Shown: positions 38,359 through 47,994 of the stretch, piece by piece | Position numbering within the stretch: position 1 is the stretch's first letter | Layout of the letters: each line of letters opens with the position of its first letter | NCBI GenBank assembly: GCA_963422265.1 | Contig: OY729416.1 | Coordinates: 1,504,001-1,568,000, forward strand | Direction of reading: 5' to 3' | Source: Thermodesulfobacteriota bacterium | Lineage (GTDB): Bacteria; Desulfobacterota_D; UBA1144; Nemesobacterales; UBA2774 | Length of the DNA stretch: 64,000 nucleotides | Position numbers and translations under genes: made by a program | The notes under the pieces: model-generated | The model's database searches: none | What the model saw: the letters and a program-made list of their open reading frames with translations, nothing else | Told to the model about the DNA's origin: nothing

Positions 38359-39884
38359 TTTCTAAAGTGCTAAGCAGCGCAGTTTTGGGAGTGGATGCCT
38401 ACTTAGTAGAGGTGGAGGTGGATATCTCGTTTGGACTACCACAATTTTCAACAGTTGGGCTGCCCGAAGGAGCTGTAAAAGAGAGCAAGGAGCGCGTAAG
38501 AGCAGCTATAAAGAATTGCGGTTATGAATTTCCTCCAAGAAGAATTACCGTTAACCTTGCCCCTGCAGACATAAGGAAAGAGGGTTCAGCACTAGACCTG
38601 CCGATGTCGGTAGGCATTTTAGCGGCTACGGGTCTTATAGATCACGAAAAGCTCAATGATTATATAATCATGGGGGAGCTGTCCTTAAACGGTGATATTA
38701 AAGGCATAAAAGGAGTGCTCCCTTCCTCAATTTGCGCTAGAGACTCAAGACTAAAGGGTATTATTATCCCCAAACAAAATGCCCAAGAGGCAGCGGTAGT
38801 AAATGGTATTGAAGTCTTGGCGGTGGAGTCGCTCCAGGACGTTGTAGAATTCTTCGCAGGAAAAAGAGATATAGCCCCTACCCAAACGGACGTAAAGTCT
38901 ATATTCAATCAGGCAAAAAAATATCAAATAGATTTCCACGAGGTAAAGGGACAGGAACACGTCAAGCGTGCTTTAGAGGTTGCTGCAAGCGGGGGGCACA
39001 ACGTTTTAATGATAGGATCGCCCGGCACTGGCAAGACTATGCTTGCGAGGAGGCTTCCTTCGATCCTTCCGGATATGAGTTTTGAGGAATCCTTGGAAAC
39101 CACGAAGATTTACTCTGTTTCTGGGCTTCTACCCAGTAATTCTGCTCTATTCGCCACACGCCCCTTTAGATCTCCCCATCATACTATCAGCGACGCTGGT
39201 CTCATAGGTGGAGGAGCCATACCTAAACCGGGAGAGGTGAGTCTTGCTCATAATGGTGTACTATTCTTGGACGAGCTTCCTGAATTTAGAAAGAACGTGC
39301 TGGAAGTAATGAGGCAACCACTCGAGGATGGCATGGTAACGATATCGAGAGCCGTCACCTCGATCACTTATCCCTCAAATCTTATGCTAATAACGGCTAT
39401 GAACCCATGTCCTTGCGGATATCACGGCGATCCCAAAAAGGAGTGCTCGTGCACAATAAATCAGATACACAAATATAGAGCTAAGGTCTCTGGCCCTCTA
39501 CTAGACAGAATTGACATTCACGTTGAGGTGCCCCCCGTAAAATATAAAGAGCTTTCAGAAGACTCAGGGGGAGAGACCTCTTCCCAGATAAAAGAGCGTG
39601 TTAATAGGGCACGAGAAATTCAGATAGACAGGTTCAAAGGAACAAGCATCCATTCTAACTCTCAGATGCCCCCTTCTTATGTCAGAAAGCTCGCCAAGCC
39701 TGACGATGCTGGAGTAAAACTTCTGGAAACAGCGATAGACAAGCTTGGACTCAGCGCAAGGGCATACGACCGCATACTCAAAGTGGCGCGAACTATAGCT
39801 GACCTTGAAGGATCCAGCAACGTCCTTTCACATCATATATCGGAATCTATACAGTATCGCTCGCTTGACAGAAGCCTAGCTTAG
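38355..39884 (+). CDS. comM: YifB/ComM-family Mg chelatase-like AAA+ ATPase
   Basis: VNLAPADIRKEG, GSPGTGKT, FRSPHHT, LAHNGVLFLDELPEF, MNPCPCG. Confidence 0.93.
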   Translation: MISKVLSSAVLGVDAYLVEVEVDISFGLPQFSTVGLPEGAVKESKERVRAAIKNCGYEFPPRRITVNLAPADIRKEGSALDLPMSVGILAATGLIDHEKLNDYIIMGELSLNGDIKGIKGVLPSSICARDSRLKGIIIPKQNAQEAAVVNGIEVLAVESLQDVVEFFAGKRDIAPTQTDVKSIFNQAKKYQIDFHEVKGQEHVKRALEVAASGGHNVLMIGSPGTGKTMLARRLPSILPDMSFEESLETTKIYSVSGLLPSNSALFATRPFRSPHHTISDAGLIGGGAIPKPGEVSLAHNGVLFLDELPEFRKNVLEVMRQPLEDGMVTISRAVTSITYPSNLMLITAMNPCPCGYHGDPKKECSCTINQIHKYRAKVSGPLLDRIDIHVEVPPVKYKELSEDSGGETSSQIKERVNRAREIQIDRFKGTSIHSNSQMPPSYVRKLAKPDDAGVKLLETAIDKLGLSARAYDRILKVARTIADLEGSSNVLSHHISESIQYRSLDRSLA

Positions 39885-39914
39885 CTAGTCCTTCAGGACG
39901 GTATTTTTACTTGC

Positions 39915-40241
39915 TTATTGGTTTAGAAAAGGCATACTCTCAACAATCCAGTCCCTTAACCGCGACCCGGCTACGTGCATTATAATAATGTTACCCTCTT
40001 CATCCTTTTCTCTCATAAGTATTTGTCCCATCAATCTATTAACTATTTGTTCTATATCCTGATTGCTAAAACCTTCTGTATCTATGAGTTCAGAAAGCCT
40101 AATAGTAATAATACCTCTTTTAGGCGAACCGAATTCCGCGTCTTCTGAGTGCTCAATGTTAAAGGTAACGTCCAGAGAGTCCGGGTCATCGGTTGATATT
40201 TCTGAAATTCCTACGATTTTAATATAATCCAGCGTGGGCAT
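39915..40241 (-). CDS. Hypothetical acidic protein
   Basis: About 108-aa ORF co-directional with mlaD. No recognisable motif. Confidence 0.55.
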   Translation of the reverse strand: MPTLDYIKIVGISEISTDDPDSLDVTFNIEHSEDAEFGSPKRGIITIRLSELIDTEGFSNQDIEQIVNRLMGQILMREKDEEGNIIIMHVAGSRLRDWIVESMPFLNQ

Positions 40242-40340
40242 ATTGTTTTCAGCTTTCCAGTCCAAATATCTTTGTACATACTATATGCTTCTGTCTCCGG
40301 ACAGGAAGTAGAGGTCACTCTTTGTGAGCTATTTACCCAA

Positions 40341-41378
40341 TTATTTCAGGTCGTCCTGTCTAGCCTTTTCCTTCTCAACAAGGAGCTTCACGGTAGCCCT
40401 GACAAACCTGCTTCTTTCCGCTTCTCCCAATACGCCTTTTAAGCTATCGTAAACGCTGGGGTCTATTAAAAGCGCCCCGAGCGTGCCCTCTCCACCCCTT
40501 AACATCTCAGAGATTTCCCTGAAATTGGTAAGAGTTTCGCGAAGTTCTCCCGACGCCTCATTTATATTGGAGATAGTATTGTTTACTTCGTCCTTAAGCT
40601 CCTTATCGTATATTAGGGTATGTAAGGCGCCGTCTCCATTGTTGACGTTATTAAGCAGGTTGTCCAGCTTGGTTGTGGCTTTATTGAGCTTTACTAGAAC
40701 GTTCTCGTCAGTCTTTTCGCCAGATTCGTCCTTAGGAGTGTAAATCATGGTGTGAAGCAAGCCGTCGCCGTCCTCTATTGCCTCTAAGGTTCTCTGCAAC
40801 GTTTCTGAGCTACTTCTAACTGATGCAATCGTTTTATTAATGTTTTCTAAATTCTCACCTGCTCCTATAGCCTTAACTATTTTGTCAAGACTCTCGGATA
40901 TACTGATAACATTTGTTAGTAAGTCTCCTGACCTACCTATAATGCTTGTGAACTCCATCGGGTTTTGGGCTTCTATTCTTAGCGTATCGGGAAGCGCGGT
41001 TAGCGGCTGTTTCTTCCCCTGTAGCACGTCAATATACTTGTCCCCCAATAAGCCTTCTGTTCTTATGGTTGCCTTCGCATCTGGACTAAGCCTCTGCATC
41101 CCTTCCCTATTTACCTTCATCGTAACGTTAATAGCGTTACCTTCAACTGGTTTCTCAGCAAAATTGATGTCCGTGACGGTGCCTATGCGCACTCCCGACA
41201 GTCTAACGGAGGCTCCTTTTAGAAGCCCAGCGGTGTTTGCGAACGACGTTTCAAGCCTATAGCTCTTCTCAAAATAGCTTTGCTCTCCGCTTAGAAAAAA
41301 AATGAACGTCGCAAGAGTTATCACTGTGATCAGAACGAATAGACCAACCCTGAAATTCATAGTATTTTTGCTTTTCAT
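40341..41378 (-). CDS. MlaD/MCE-family protein
   Basis: VGLFVL TM segment, GL..GASVRLSGVRIGTV, EGLLGDKYI, coiled-coil with GEGTLGALL repeats. Confidence 0.9.
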   Translation of the reverse strand: MKSKNTMNFRVGLFVLITVITLATFIFFLSGEQSYFEKSYRLETSFANTAGLLKGASVRLSGVRIGTVTDINFAEKPVEGNAINVTMKVNREGMQRLSPDAKATIRTEGLLGDKYIDVLQGKKQPLTALPDTLRIEAQNPMEFTSIIGRSGDLLTNVISISESLDKIVKAIGAGENLENINKTIASVRSSSETLQRTLEAIEDGDGLLHTMIYTPKDESGEKTDENVLVKLNKATTKLDNLLNNVNNGDGALHTLIYDKELKDEVNNTISNINEASGELRETLTNFREISEMLRGGEGTLGALLIDPSVYDSLKGVLGEAERSRFVRATVKLLVEKEKARQDDLK

Positions 41379-41609
41379 GCTTCTCTCCTCTAAAGGAATT
41401 ATACTTGATAATTAATAATTCCCTAAAAGGCATAAAACAAAGTAACGCGCCCGTCATTTCTAGCGAATAGGTAGGTATGATCTGTCTGCTCACCTCTTCC
41501 TTTATCCTGTCTCGCATGTATTCTATAAATCTTAAAAGCAGCTAGGAAGCCAAAAAATTACCTATTAATTCCAAACTATCTTTCTTTAGCGGTGAAGGAG
41601 CACAGAATT

Positions 41610-43235
41610 ATGAATAAAATAAAAAGGGTTTTAATAAGCGTCTCCGATAAGGAGGGTATATGCGATTTCTCAAAGGCGCTTAAGGGGTTAGATATTGAGA
41701 TACTGTCCACCGGTGGCACTGCGAAACAGCTTAGAAACGCTGGAATAATGGTAACCGACGTTTCCGAATACACGGGCTCGCCTGAGATTCTTGGGGGGAG
41801 GGTTAAAACCCTGCACCCTAAAATACACGGTGGCATATTAGCGATTCGTAATGACGAGGTTCATGTTTCACAGATGAAAAATAACGGCATTGAGCCTATT
41901 GATATGGTAGTAGTCAACCTATATCCCTTTGAGGAGGTTATCAAAAAAGAAAACGTAGATTTATCCGAAGCGATTGAAAACATTGATATTGGTGGTCCTA
42001 CTATGCTAAGGGCGGCGGCAAAAAATTATCGCTACGTAACAATAATAACGCACCCTGAAGATTACAAAAACCTACTCAAGGAGCTGAAAAGAAACAAAGG
42101 CTCCGTGTCGTCCCAAACAAACCTCAGACTAGCTATAAAAGCTTTCTCACACGTGGCGCGTTACGATGCGGCAATATCAAACTACTTAGGGGCAATTGAA
42201 GAAAGCGGGAAGAGAATCAAATTCCCACAGAGCCTAACTATTCACCTGAGTAAAAAGACTTCTCTGAGATACGGAGAGAACCCTCATCAGGATGCGTCCT
42301 TTTACGTTCAAGCCGATCCCTCGGCTCGGCTCGGCTCAGGTGCCGGTGAGCCTTGTATATCAAACTCCATTCAACTTCAGGGAAAAGAGCTATCGTTAAA
42401 TAACGTTTATGATACGGATGCCGCCTTAGAGTGCGTAAAGGATTACTCGGAACCCACCTGCGTTATAGTAAAGCACAACAACCCTTGCGGAGTCGCAACG
42501 GAAGAGAACGTAGCCGCGGCGTTTCTTAAAGCAAAGGCTTGCGATCCAGTAAGTTCATTCGGTGGTATAGTGGCATTCAACAGAGAGGTTGACGAGGCTG
42601 CTGCCCTAGAGATGGCAGGTATGTTCTTAGAAGTAGTAATCGCTCCGAGTTTTACGGACAAGGCGCTCGAAGCGTTATCTACCAAAGGAAATCTACGCGT
42701 AATGAAAACGCCTGCCTTCGACAAGCCGTTTGCTGAGGGAATCATCAGTTCTGCCCTGCTCCCTGTCGGAGTAGGCGGCATGGATTTCAAGAACGTCGTA
42801 GGAGGCGCTCTCATTCAGGACAGGGATTTGGTAATAGGCAATGATTTCAACAACATCAAAATTCAAACGAAGCGAAAGCCTAACGAGGAGGAGCTTGAAG
42901 ATCTTAAATTCGCATGGAAAGTATGTAAGCACGTAAAATCAAATGCAATTGTATTTGCCAGAGGAAATCAGACAATAGGAATAGGTGCTGGTCAGATGAG
43001 TCGCGTTGACTCGGTTAAAATTGCCTATATGAAAGCTGTGCTTCCGAGCGCTGGGTCAGTACTTGCGTCCGATGCTTTCTTTCCATTCAGGGATGGAATA
43101 GATGAAGCCGCAAAAGCGGGTGTAACCGCTGTTGTCCAGCCGGGGGGTTCAATAAGGGATCAGGATATAATTACGGCCTGCGATGAGCACGGGATCGCTA
43201 TGGTATTCACCGGATTTAGACATTTTAAACATTAA
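41610..43235 (+). CDS. purH: Bifunctional AICAR transformylase / IMP cyclohydrolase
   Basis: SVSDK, STGGT, GRVKTLHP, IDIGGP, RYGENPHQ, KHNNPCG, RHFKH. RBS GAAGGAG before ATG 41610. Confidence 0.97.
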   Translation: MNKIKRVLISVSDKEGICDFSKALKGLDIEILSTGGTAKQLRNAGIMVTDVSEYTGSPEILGGRVKTLHPKIHGGILAIRNDEVHVSQMKNNGIEPIDMVVVNLYPFEEVIKKENVDLSEAIENIDIGGPTMLRAAAKNYRYVTIITHPEDYKNLLKELKRNKGSVSSQTNLRLAIKAFSHVARYDAAISNYLGAIEESGKRIKFPQSLTIHLSKKTSLRYGENPHQDASFYVQADPSARLGSGAGEPCISNSIQLQGKELSLNNVYDTDAALECVKDYSEPTCVIVKHNNPCGVATEENVAAAFLKAKACDPVSSFGGIVAFNREVDEAAALEMAGMFLEVVIAPSFTDKALEALSTKGNLRVMKTPAFDKPFAEGIISSALLPVGVGGMDFKNVVGGALIQDRDLVIGNDFNNIKIQTKRKPNEEELEDLKFAWKVCKHVKSNAIVFARGNQTIGIGAGQMSRVDSVKIAYMKAVLPSAGSVLASDAFFPFRDGIDEAAKAGVTAVVQPGGSIRDQDIITACDEHGIAMVFTGFRHFKH

Positions 43236-43236
43236 G

Positions 43237-43863
43237 ATGAAAGTCACCGTATTCTACGATTATATATGCCCTTACTGCTACCTGGGAGCAAAGCGCCTTG
43301 AAAAACTAGAGAAGGAATTTGAATTGGATATTGAGTGGAAAGGGATTGAAATACATCCTGAATTTCCCTCGCAGGGCGTTAGACGCTCAAAGTCCGCCAG
43401 CTCAAAGATATTCAAAGAGAATATCAGTCAAATGGCTAAAGATGAAGGGGTTGAGATCAGACTACCAGGATTTGTCACCAACACTAGATTAAGCCTTGAG
43501 GCGTCGGAGTTCTCAAAAACGAAGGGACGCTTTAAGGATTTTCATACAAAAGCCTACGAGGCTTATTTTCAAAATGGAGAAAACATTGGAGATAGCGAGG
43601 TGATTCTTAACGTAGCGAAAAACTCCGGTCTCGATAAAAGAGAATTAAAAGAGTGTTTAGACCAGAGGAAGATGTCTAGTAAGATTGAAGAAAACAAAAA
43701 CGATGCTGAAAATAATCTCATACTAGGAACGCCCACGTTCATATTTGGCGGTTTTCCAGTCTATGGAGTCCAGGACCTGGAGACTATGAGGCAAATAATA
43801 AAGGGGCGTATTGAGAGAGAAGGGAGATCTGACCCTGAAGGAACAAGTTCTAAACATAGTTAG
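43237..43863 (+). CDS. DsbA/FrnE-family oxidoreductase
   Basis: DYICPYCY and GTPTF (cis-Pro). Start moved to ATG 43237, just after the purH stop. Confidence 0.9.
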   Translation: MKVTVFYDYICPYCYLGAKRLEKLEKEFELDIEWKGIEIHPEFPSQGVRRSKSASSKIFKENISQMAKDEGVEIRLPGFVTNTRLSLEASEFSKTKGRFKDFHTKAYEAYFQNGENIGDSEVILNVAKNSGLDKRELKECLDQRKMSSKIEENKNDAENNLILGTPTFIFGGFPVYGVQDLETMRQIIKGRIEREGRSDPEGTSSKHS

Positions 43864-43875
43864 ACGACTTTTCTA

Positions 43876-45426
43876 TCAAAGTCTGACCGGCAACACGCCT
43901 TGCGCTCTAGCGTTGCCAAGAAGCACGTTAACCACCTCATGCTGACACTCATCTATGGAATCAAAAGCGCATATTACCGTGTCAAAAGAATGAAGCCCCC
44001 TAACTACATAAGGAGATCCAAAAGAAATCAAAGCCGTCTCAGTTGGCAATTCACCCAGTCTCGTTAGGGTATTCCTAAAAAACTCAGGCAGAAACCATTG
44101 CTTCTTCCATGCCCCAACTGAGGTGTAAACTAGGCATATTAAGGCTTTACCATGATATGAATTATCAAGTATGGAAGGGACATCAGCTACGGGCGTTACA
44201 GAAACCGTTTCACAGCTAACCCCGCAGTCCGTTAGGCGTTCAGCAAACCTTACATGCCTATCCTCACCTGATTGGGTTACGTCGAAAACGTATATTCTCA
44301 CTTCTTTAGAGCTGATTTCCCCGCCCCTTAAAGTGCAGACTGAACGTCTTGCAATCTCGGCAATCAGTTTCTGACCATCCCTTTCGCGTGAGCTTTCCAT
44401 GCTGTTATTAGAAAGCCATTCGTTCTTATGTAGTATAATTCTTTTCACCACTTTGTTCACAAGGCTCTCGCCAAGACCCCCTGTCTCCACTAACTTGACC
44501 AGCCTTTCTATTAACTTAAACGGCAATACGGGGTCAAGGACAACGTCACAACCCGCCTCAATAGCCAGACGGGATATATCTGTCTCGTCTCCAATCTTGT
44601 TAATTCCCGCCATGCGAAGCGAATCAGTAATAATCAAACCCTGAAACCTCATTCTCTTGCGCAGCGTCTCCGATACGATTTTCTTGGAAACCGTTGCAGG
44701 AATTTTTCCACTCCCAATAGTTGGGAGCGCTAAGTGGGCGGTCATTATAGAAGCCACGCCTACTTCAATAGCATTTCTGAACGGTATTAAGTCACACTGC
44801 TCAAGTTCGTCCAGGGTCCGGCCCAGCGTGGGTAAATCTTCATGTGAATCGACGTCAGTCCCTCCGTGCCCAGGAAAGTGCTTGGCGCAAGCCGCTACTC
44901 CATTTGCTTGGCACCCCTTTATGAACGCCAAGCTTAGACGCGACACCAGCCCCGCGTCGTCACCATAGGAGCGTATGTTGATTATAGGATTGTCAGGGTT
45001 CGTATTAATGTCCACAACGGGAGCAAAGAGCAAATTAAGCCCAATGCTTTTCATATCCTGTGCTATATGCCAAGCCTGTTTATAGACAAGTCTCTCGTCT
45101 CCTATCGCCCCAAGGGACATTGTAAATGGGAAAAGCGTCATACGCGTCCCCGCCTCCGGTTGGGATTCGCACACTATCTGTCCTACCCCTCGCTCGGCGT
45201 CGCAGGCAAAGAGCAGTGGAATCTGTGAAATGGATTGAAGCTCTTCAGTCGCTTTTTTTACAGATGATATATTGCCTCCAAAAATGATAAATCCCCCGAC
45301 CCCGTATTCCTTAACTAGTTTTCTTGCGGAAGTGAGGGAATTCGGATCATTAAAATCAATCCTTGGCATAAGGAGCTGCGCAACTTTCTGACCCAAGTTT
45401 AACTTTCTAACGTTTAATCTACGCAT
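43876..45426 (-). CDS. nagZ: GH3 beta-N-acetylglucosaminidase
   Basis: DAERG, APVVD, IRSYG, KHFPGHGGTDVDSH (NagZ motif), ITDSLRM. Confidence 0.9.
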   Translation of the reverse strand: MRRLNVRKLNLGQKVAQLLMPRIDFNDPNSLTSARKLVKEYGVGGFIIFGGNISSVKKATEELQSISQIPLLFACDAERGVGQIVCESQPEAGTRMTLFPFTMSLGAIGDERLVYKQAWHIAQDMKSIGLNLLFAPVVDINTNPDNPIINIRSYGDDAGLVSRLSLAFIKGCQANGVAACAKHFPGHGGTDVDSHEDLPTLGRTLDELEQCDLIPFRNAIEVGVASIMTAHLALPTIGSGKIPATVSKKIVSETLRKRMRFQGLIITDSLRMAGINKIGDETDISRLAIEAGCDVVLDPVLPFKLIERLVKLVETGGLGESLVNKVVKRIILHKNEWLSNNSMESSRERDGQKLIAEIARRSVCTLRGGEISSKEVRIYVFDVTQSGEDRHVRFAERLTDCGVSCETVSVTPVADVPSILDNSYHGKALICLVYTSVGAWKKQWFLPEFFRNTLTRLGELPTETALISFGSPYVVRGLHSFDTVICAFDSIDECQHEVVNVLLGNARAQGVLPVRL

Positions 45427-45440
45427 TATAGTTATCCTAG

Positions 45441-46628
45441 TTATCTACCAAAAGCTATCTTACCCAAAGGCACTCTGTGAGACGCTCCCGTTACCCTTGG
45501 AAGGCTGCTCTTATTTCCCGAGACAAGCTCATTTGCCAAAATCGCAAACGCTATAGCCTCTTTAGCATCCGTTGGAAGCCCGTACTTATCCGATTTGACG
45601 CATTTCAAAGTATGGAGTCTGTCTTCAAGTCTTTTCATCAAGAAGGGGTTGTCACAACCGCCCCCACTAAAAATAACCTCGCTTATCTCCGGAAACATGG
45701 GGAAAATAAACTTCTCATAAGAAAGTGCTATAGATTCTACCGTAAACTCAACAAGGGTCGCCAGCAAGTCGTTTAACGTTATACCTGTCCCGCCCCTATC
45801 AACCAAAAAAAATAGCTTTTGCGCACGCTCTTTGCCAAACAATTCCTCCCCTGCGGATTTTGGAGGCTGCTTTTGAAGGTATGGATCCGACAACAGTTTT
45901 TTAAGTAGTTGTTTATCATACATTCCTGAAGAAGCCCTAGCCCCATCCTTATCAAACCGCTCCGTTCCGTCCGTCGCTAGATTAACGACCCAGTCCATCA
46001 GAGCGTTCCCAGGACCGGTATCAAACGCTATAACCCCGTCAATATTTTCAGTAATTACGGTAGCATTACCAATACCACCGACGTTCTGCGCAATAACGGT
46101 CTCTCCCTTTTCCCTCAAGAGAATGTAATCAACATAAGGCACTAACGGCGCCCCTTCACCCCCTGCGGCTATATCTCTGGTCCTGAAGTCCCCTACGGTT
46201 GTGAGTCCAGTTTTCTCGGCAATTACATCAATCTCTCCAATCTGCAAGGTAGATGGAACGCTATTGTTATAAGAAGGTGGATTATGAAAAATGGTCTGTC
46301 CGTGAGAGGCAATTAAATCAACGTCGGTAGTTTTTAAGCCAGCTTCTTCAATAACCAGCAACGCAGCTTTGGCGAACAGGTTTCCTATAATAAAATTCAA
46401 CCCTGAAACCTCTTCTAGAGAGAGCTCTGCGCTCAGGTTTTCTAATCTGTTGCGGATATCTGATTTGTAGGGGCTACAAATGAAATGTAGCAACTCTATA
46501 TCGGTTTCAATTCCACTCCCATTGATTCTAACTAAGGCGGCATCTACGCCGTCCTTAGATGTTCCTGACATTAACCCCACCACCAACCTTTCCTCTTTAT
46601 TTAGTAGAGACCTTAGTTTCGTAAGCAT
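45441..46628 (-). CDS. anmK: Anhydro-N-acetylmuramic acid kinase
   Basis: GLMSGTSKDGVD, SHGQT, GGEGAPL, DTGPGN, KEAIAFA. Confidence 0.96.
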   Translation of the reverse strand: MLTKLRSLLNKEERLVVGLMSGTSKDGVDAALVRINGSGIETDIELLHFICSPYKSDIRNRLENLSAELSLEEVSGLNFIIGNLFAKAALLVIEEAGLKTTDVDLIASHGQTIFHNPPSYNNSVPSTLQIGEIDVIAEKTGLTTVGDFRTRDIAAGGEGAPLVPYVDYILLREKGETVIAQNVGGIGNATVITENIDGVIAFDTGPGNALMDWVVNLATDGTERFDKDGARASSGMYDKQLLKKLLSDPYLQKQPPKSAGEELFGKERAQKLFFLVDRGGTGITLNDLLATLVEFTVESIALSYEKFIFPMFPEISEVIFSGGGCDNPFLMKRLEDRLHTLKCVKSDKYGLPTDAKEAIAFAILANELVSGNKSSLPRVTGASHRVPLGKIAFGR

Positions 46629-46689
46629 CTTAGGAAAGTTCCCCTTTGGTTAGTTCCTCGCGGTAGTTTGTGAAAGAGTTTGTTCTATA

Positions 46690-47610
46690 CTACTCAAGCG
46701 CCTTGCGTAATACCCCATCATGTTTAACAAGAAGCCACTTAGCCTCTTTGCAACTCATACCCTTTATCGCCATCAGAACGGCCGCCTTGACGTTCCAGTC
46801 CGACTGTAAGAGTAGCTCCTCTGCCTTCTCCATATCTACTTTGGATATGAATGTTACGATCCGCTTAGCTCTATCCCTAAGCTTTGCCGATTTAGGCTGG
46901 ACGTCCACCATCAGGTTGCCATAAGTTTTACCGAGTTTAACCATAGAAGCGGTTGTGAGCATATTCAAGACCGTCTTAGTCGCGGTACCCGCCTTCATCC
47001 TGGTCGAGCCTACGATTACCTCGGGACCAACTAAGAGCGATATTGTTACATCAGCTATATTCACTTTGACAGGATTGCAGGTTATGAAAATTCTTGCACT
47101 TCCTATCTCGCCAGCGTAGTATAGCGCGCTTTGTACGAACGGTGTTGTAGAGCTTGCGGCTATCCCAACCAAAATGTCTTTTTCATTCAGAGCAATTTCT
47201 ATGAGCCTTTCCTTAGCCTCGTCCCTTGAGTCCTCTGCACCCTCAACAGATTGATGGAGCGCCTCGCTGCCCCCGGCTATAAGCCCGAGAACTAAGCTGG
47301 GGTCCGTGCCAAAGGTAGGTGGACACTCAGCCGCCTCAATCACGCCCAGCCGCCCACTTGTTCCCGCTCCTATGAAGATCAGGCGTCCCCCTTTGCTAAA
47401 ACGTTGAACTATCAACTCAACGGCGTGGGAAATGCGCTTCTTCTCTTTTTCAATCGCCTCCGTTATGTAGCGATCTTCATCTAACATCAACCCTATTATT
47501 TCAAGTGGGGAACGTTGATCTATATGAATCGTGCGTGGATTGACGCTTTCCGTAAGCGTGTCGCTGAGCACCATCGGGTGAAGATGCCCGGTTTCTCTGC
47601 CTTCTTTCAC
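46690..47610 (-). CDS. murQ: N-acetylmuramic acid 6-phosphate etherase
   Basis: TE..NP, GAGTSGRLG, ECPPTFG, EGAED, GSTRMKAGTA.K, NLMVDV. Confidence 0.95.
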   Translation of the reverse strand: MKEGRETGHLHPMVLSDTLTESVNPRTIHIDQRSPLEIIGLMLDEDRYITEAIEKEKKRISHAVELIVQRFSKGGRLIFIGAGTSGRLGVIEAAECPPTFGTDPSLVLGLIAGGSEALHQSVEGAEDSRDEAKERLIEIALNEKDILVGIAASSTTPFVQSALYYAGEIGSARIFITCNPVKVNIADVTISLLVGPEVIVGSTRMKAGTATKTVLNMLTTASMVKLGKTYGNLMVDVQPKSAKLRDRAKRIVTFISKVDMEKAEELLLQSDWNVKAAVLMAIKGMSCKEAKWLLVKHDGVLRKALE

Positions 47611-47994
47611 AAGGGTTATTATATACTATTAGGTTAGGCAAATTAACAGACGTCAATAAACTGCCGCTATTTTATGTATAGGGGTAGGAGTAGGCTCTTC
47701 GCAAATCAGGTTGAGGAAATGCGTGGACACACACCCTTATTATTTGTCCTATGAAAAGATGCAACTACGCATATACGCATAGTATTGAACTGGGAACGAG
47801 ACTCTGAAGAACCGCATCTTTGTATATTGAGACAATCAGGTAAAATCCCGTTGGCTAGTAAGCCTGACCAAACTGAAGAGCTATGCAAGGAGCGGGGATG
47901 GACTATAACGGTTCCAGCACCTACGATCTCCCAAGTCATTCCTGACAGGTAGGTTAATTGAGTCAAGTTAATTTAAGAATCAAGGAGAGCCGCG

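Noticed and set aside
41400-41600. ZMP/ZTP riboswitch or PurR box upstream of purH; also the 82-aa ORF 41269-41517
   Set aside because: No recognisable consensus elements. The ORF overlaps mlaD out of frame and has no motif.
43183-43236. N-terminal extensions in the ORF track (DsbA, surA, queF, CNNM and others) and the many 60-140 aa ORFs overlapping known genes
   Set aside because: They overlap well-supported genes, and better downstream ATG starts exist. Treated as shadow ORFs or over-extended starts.
47752-47790. Selenocysteine read-through of the TGA at 47752
   Set aside because: Only a weak hairpin follows and there is no redox-motif context.
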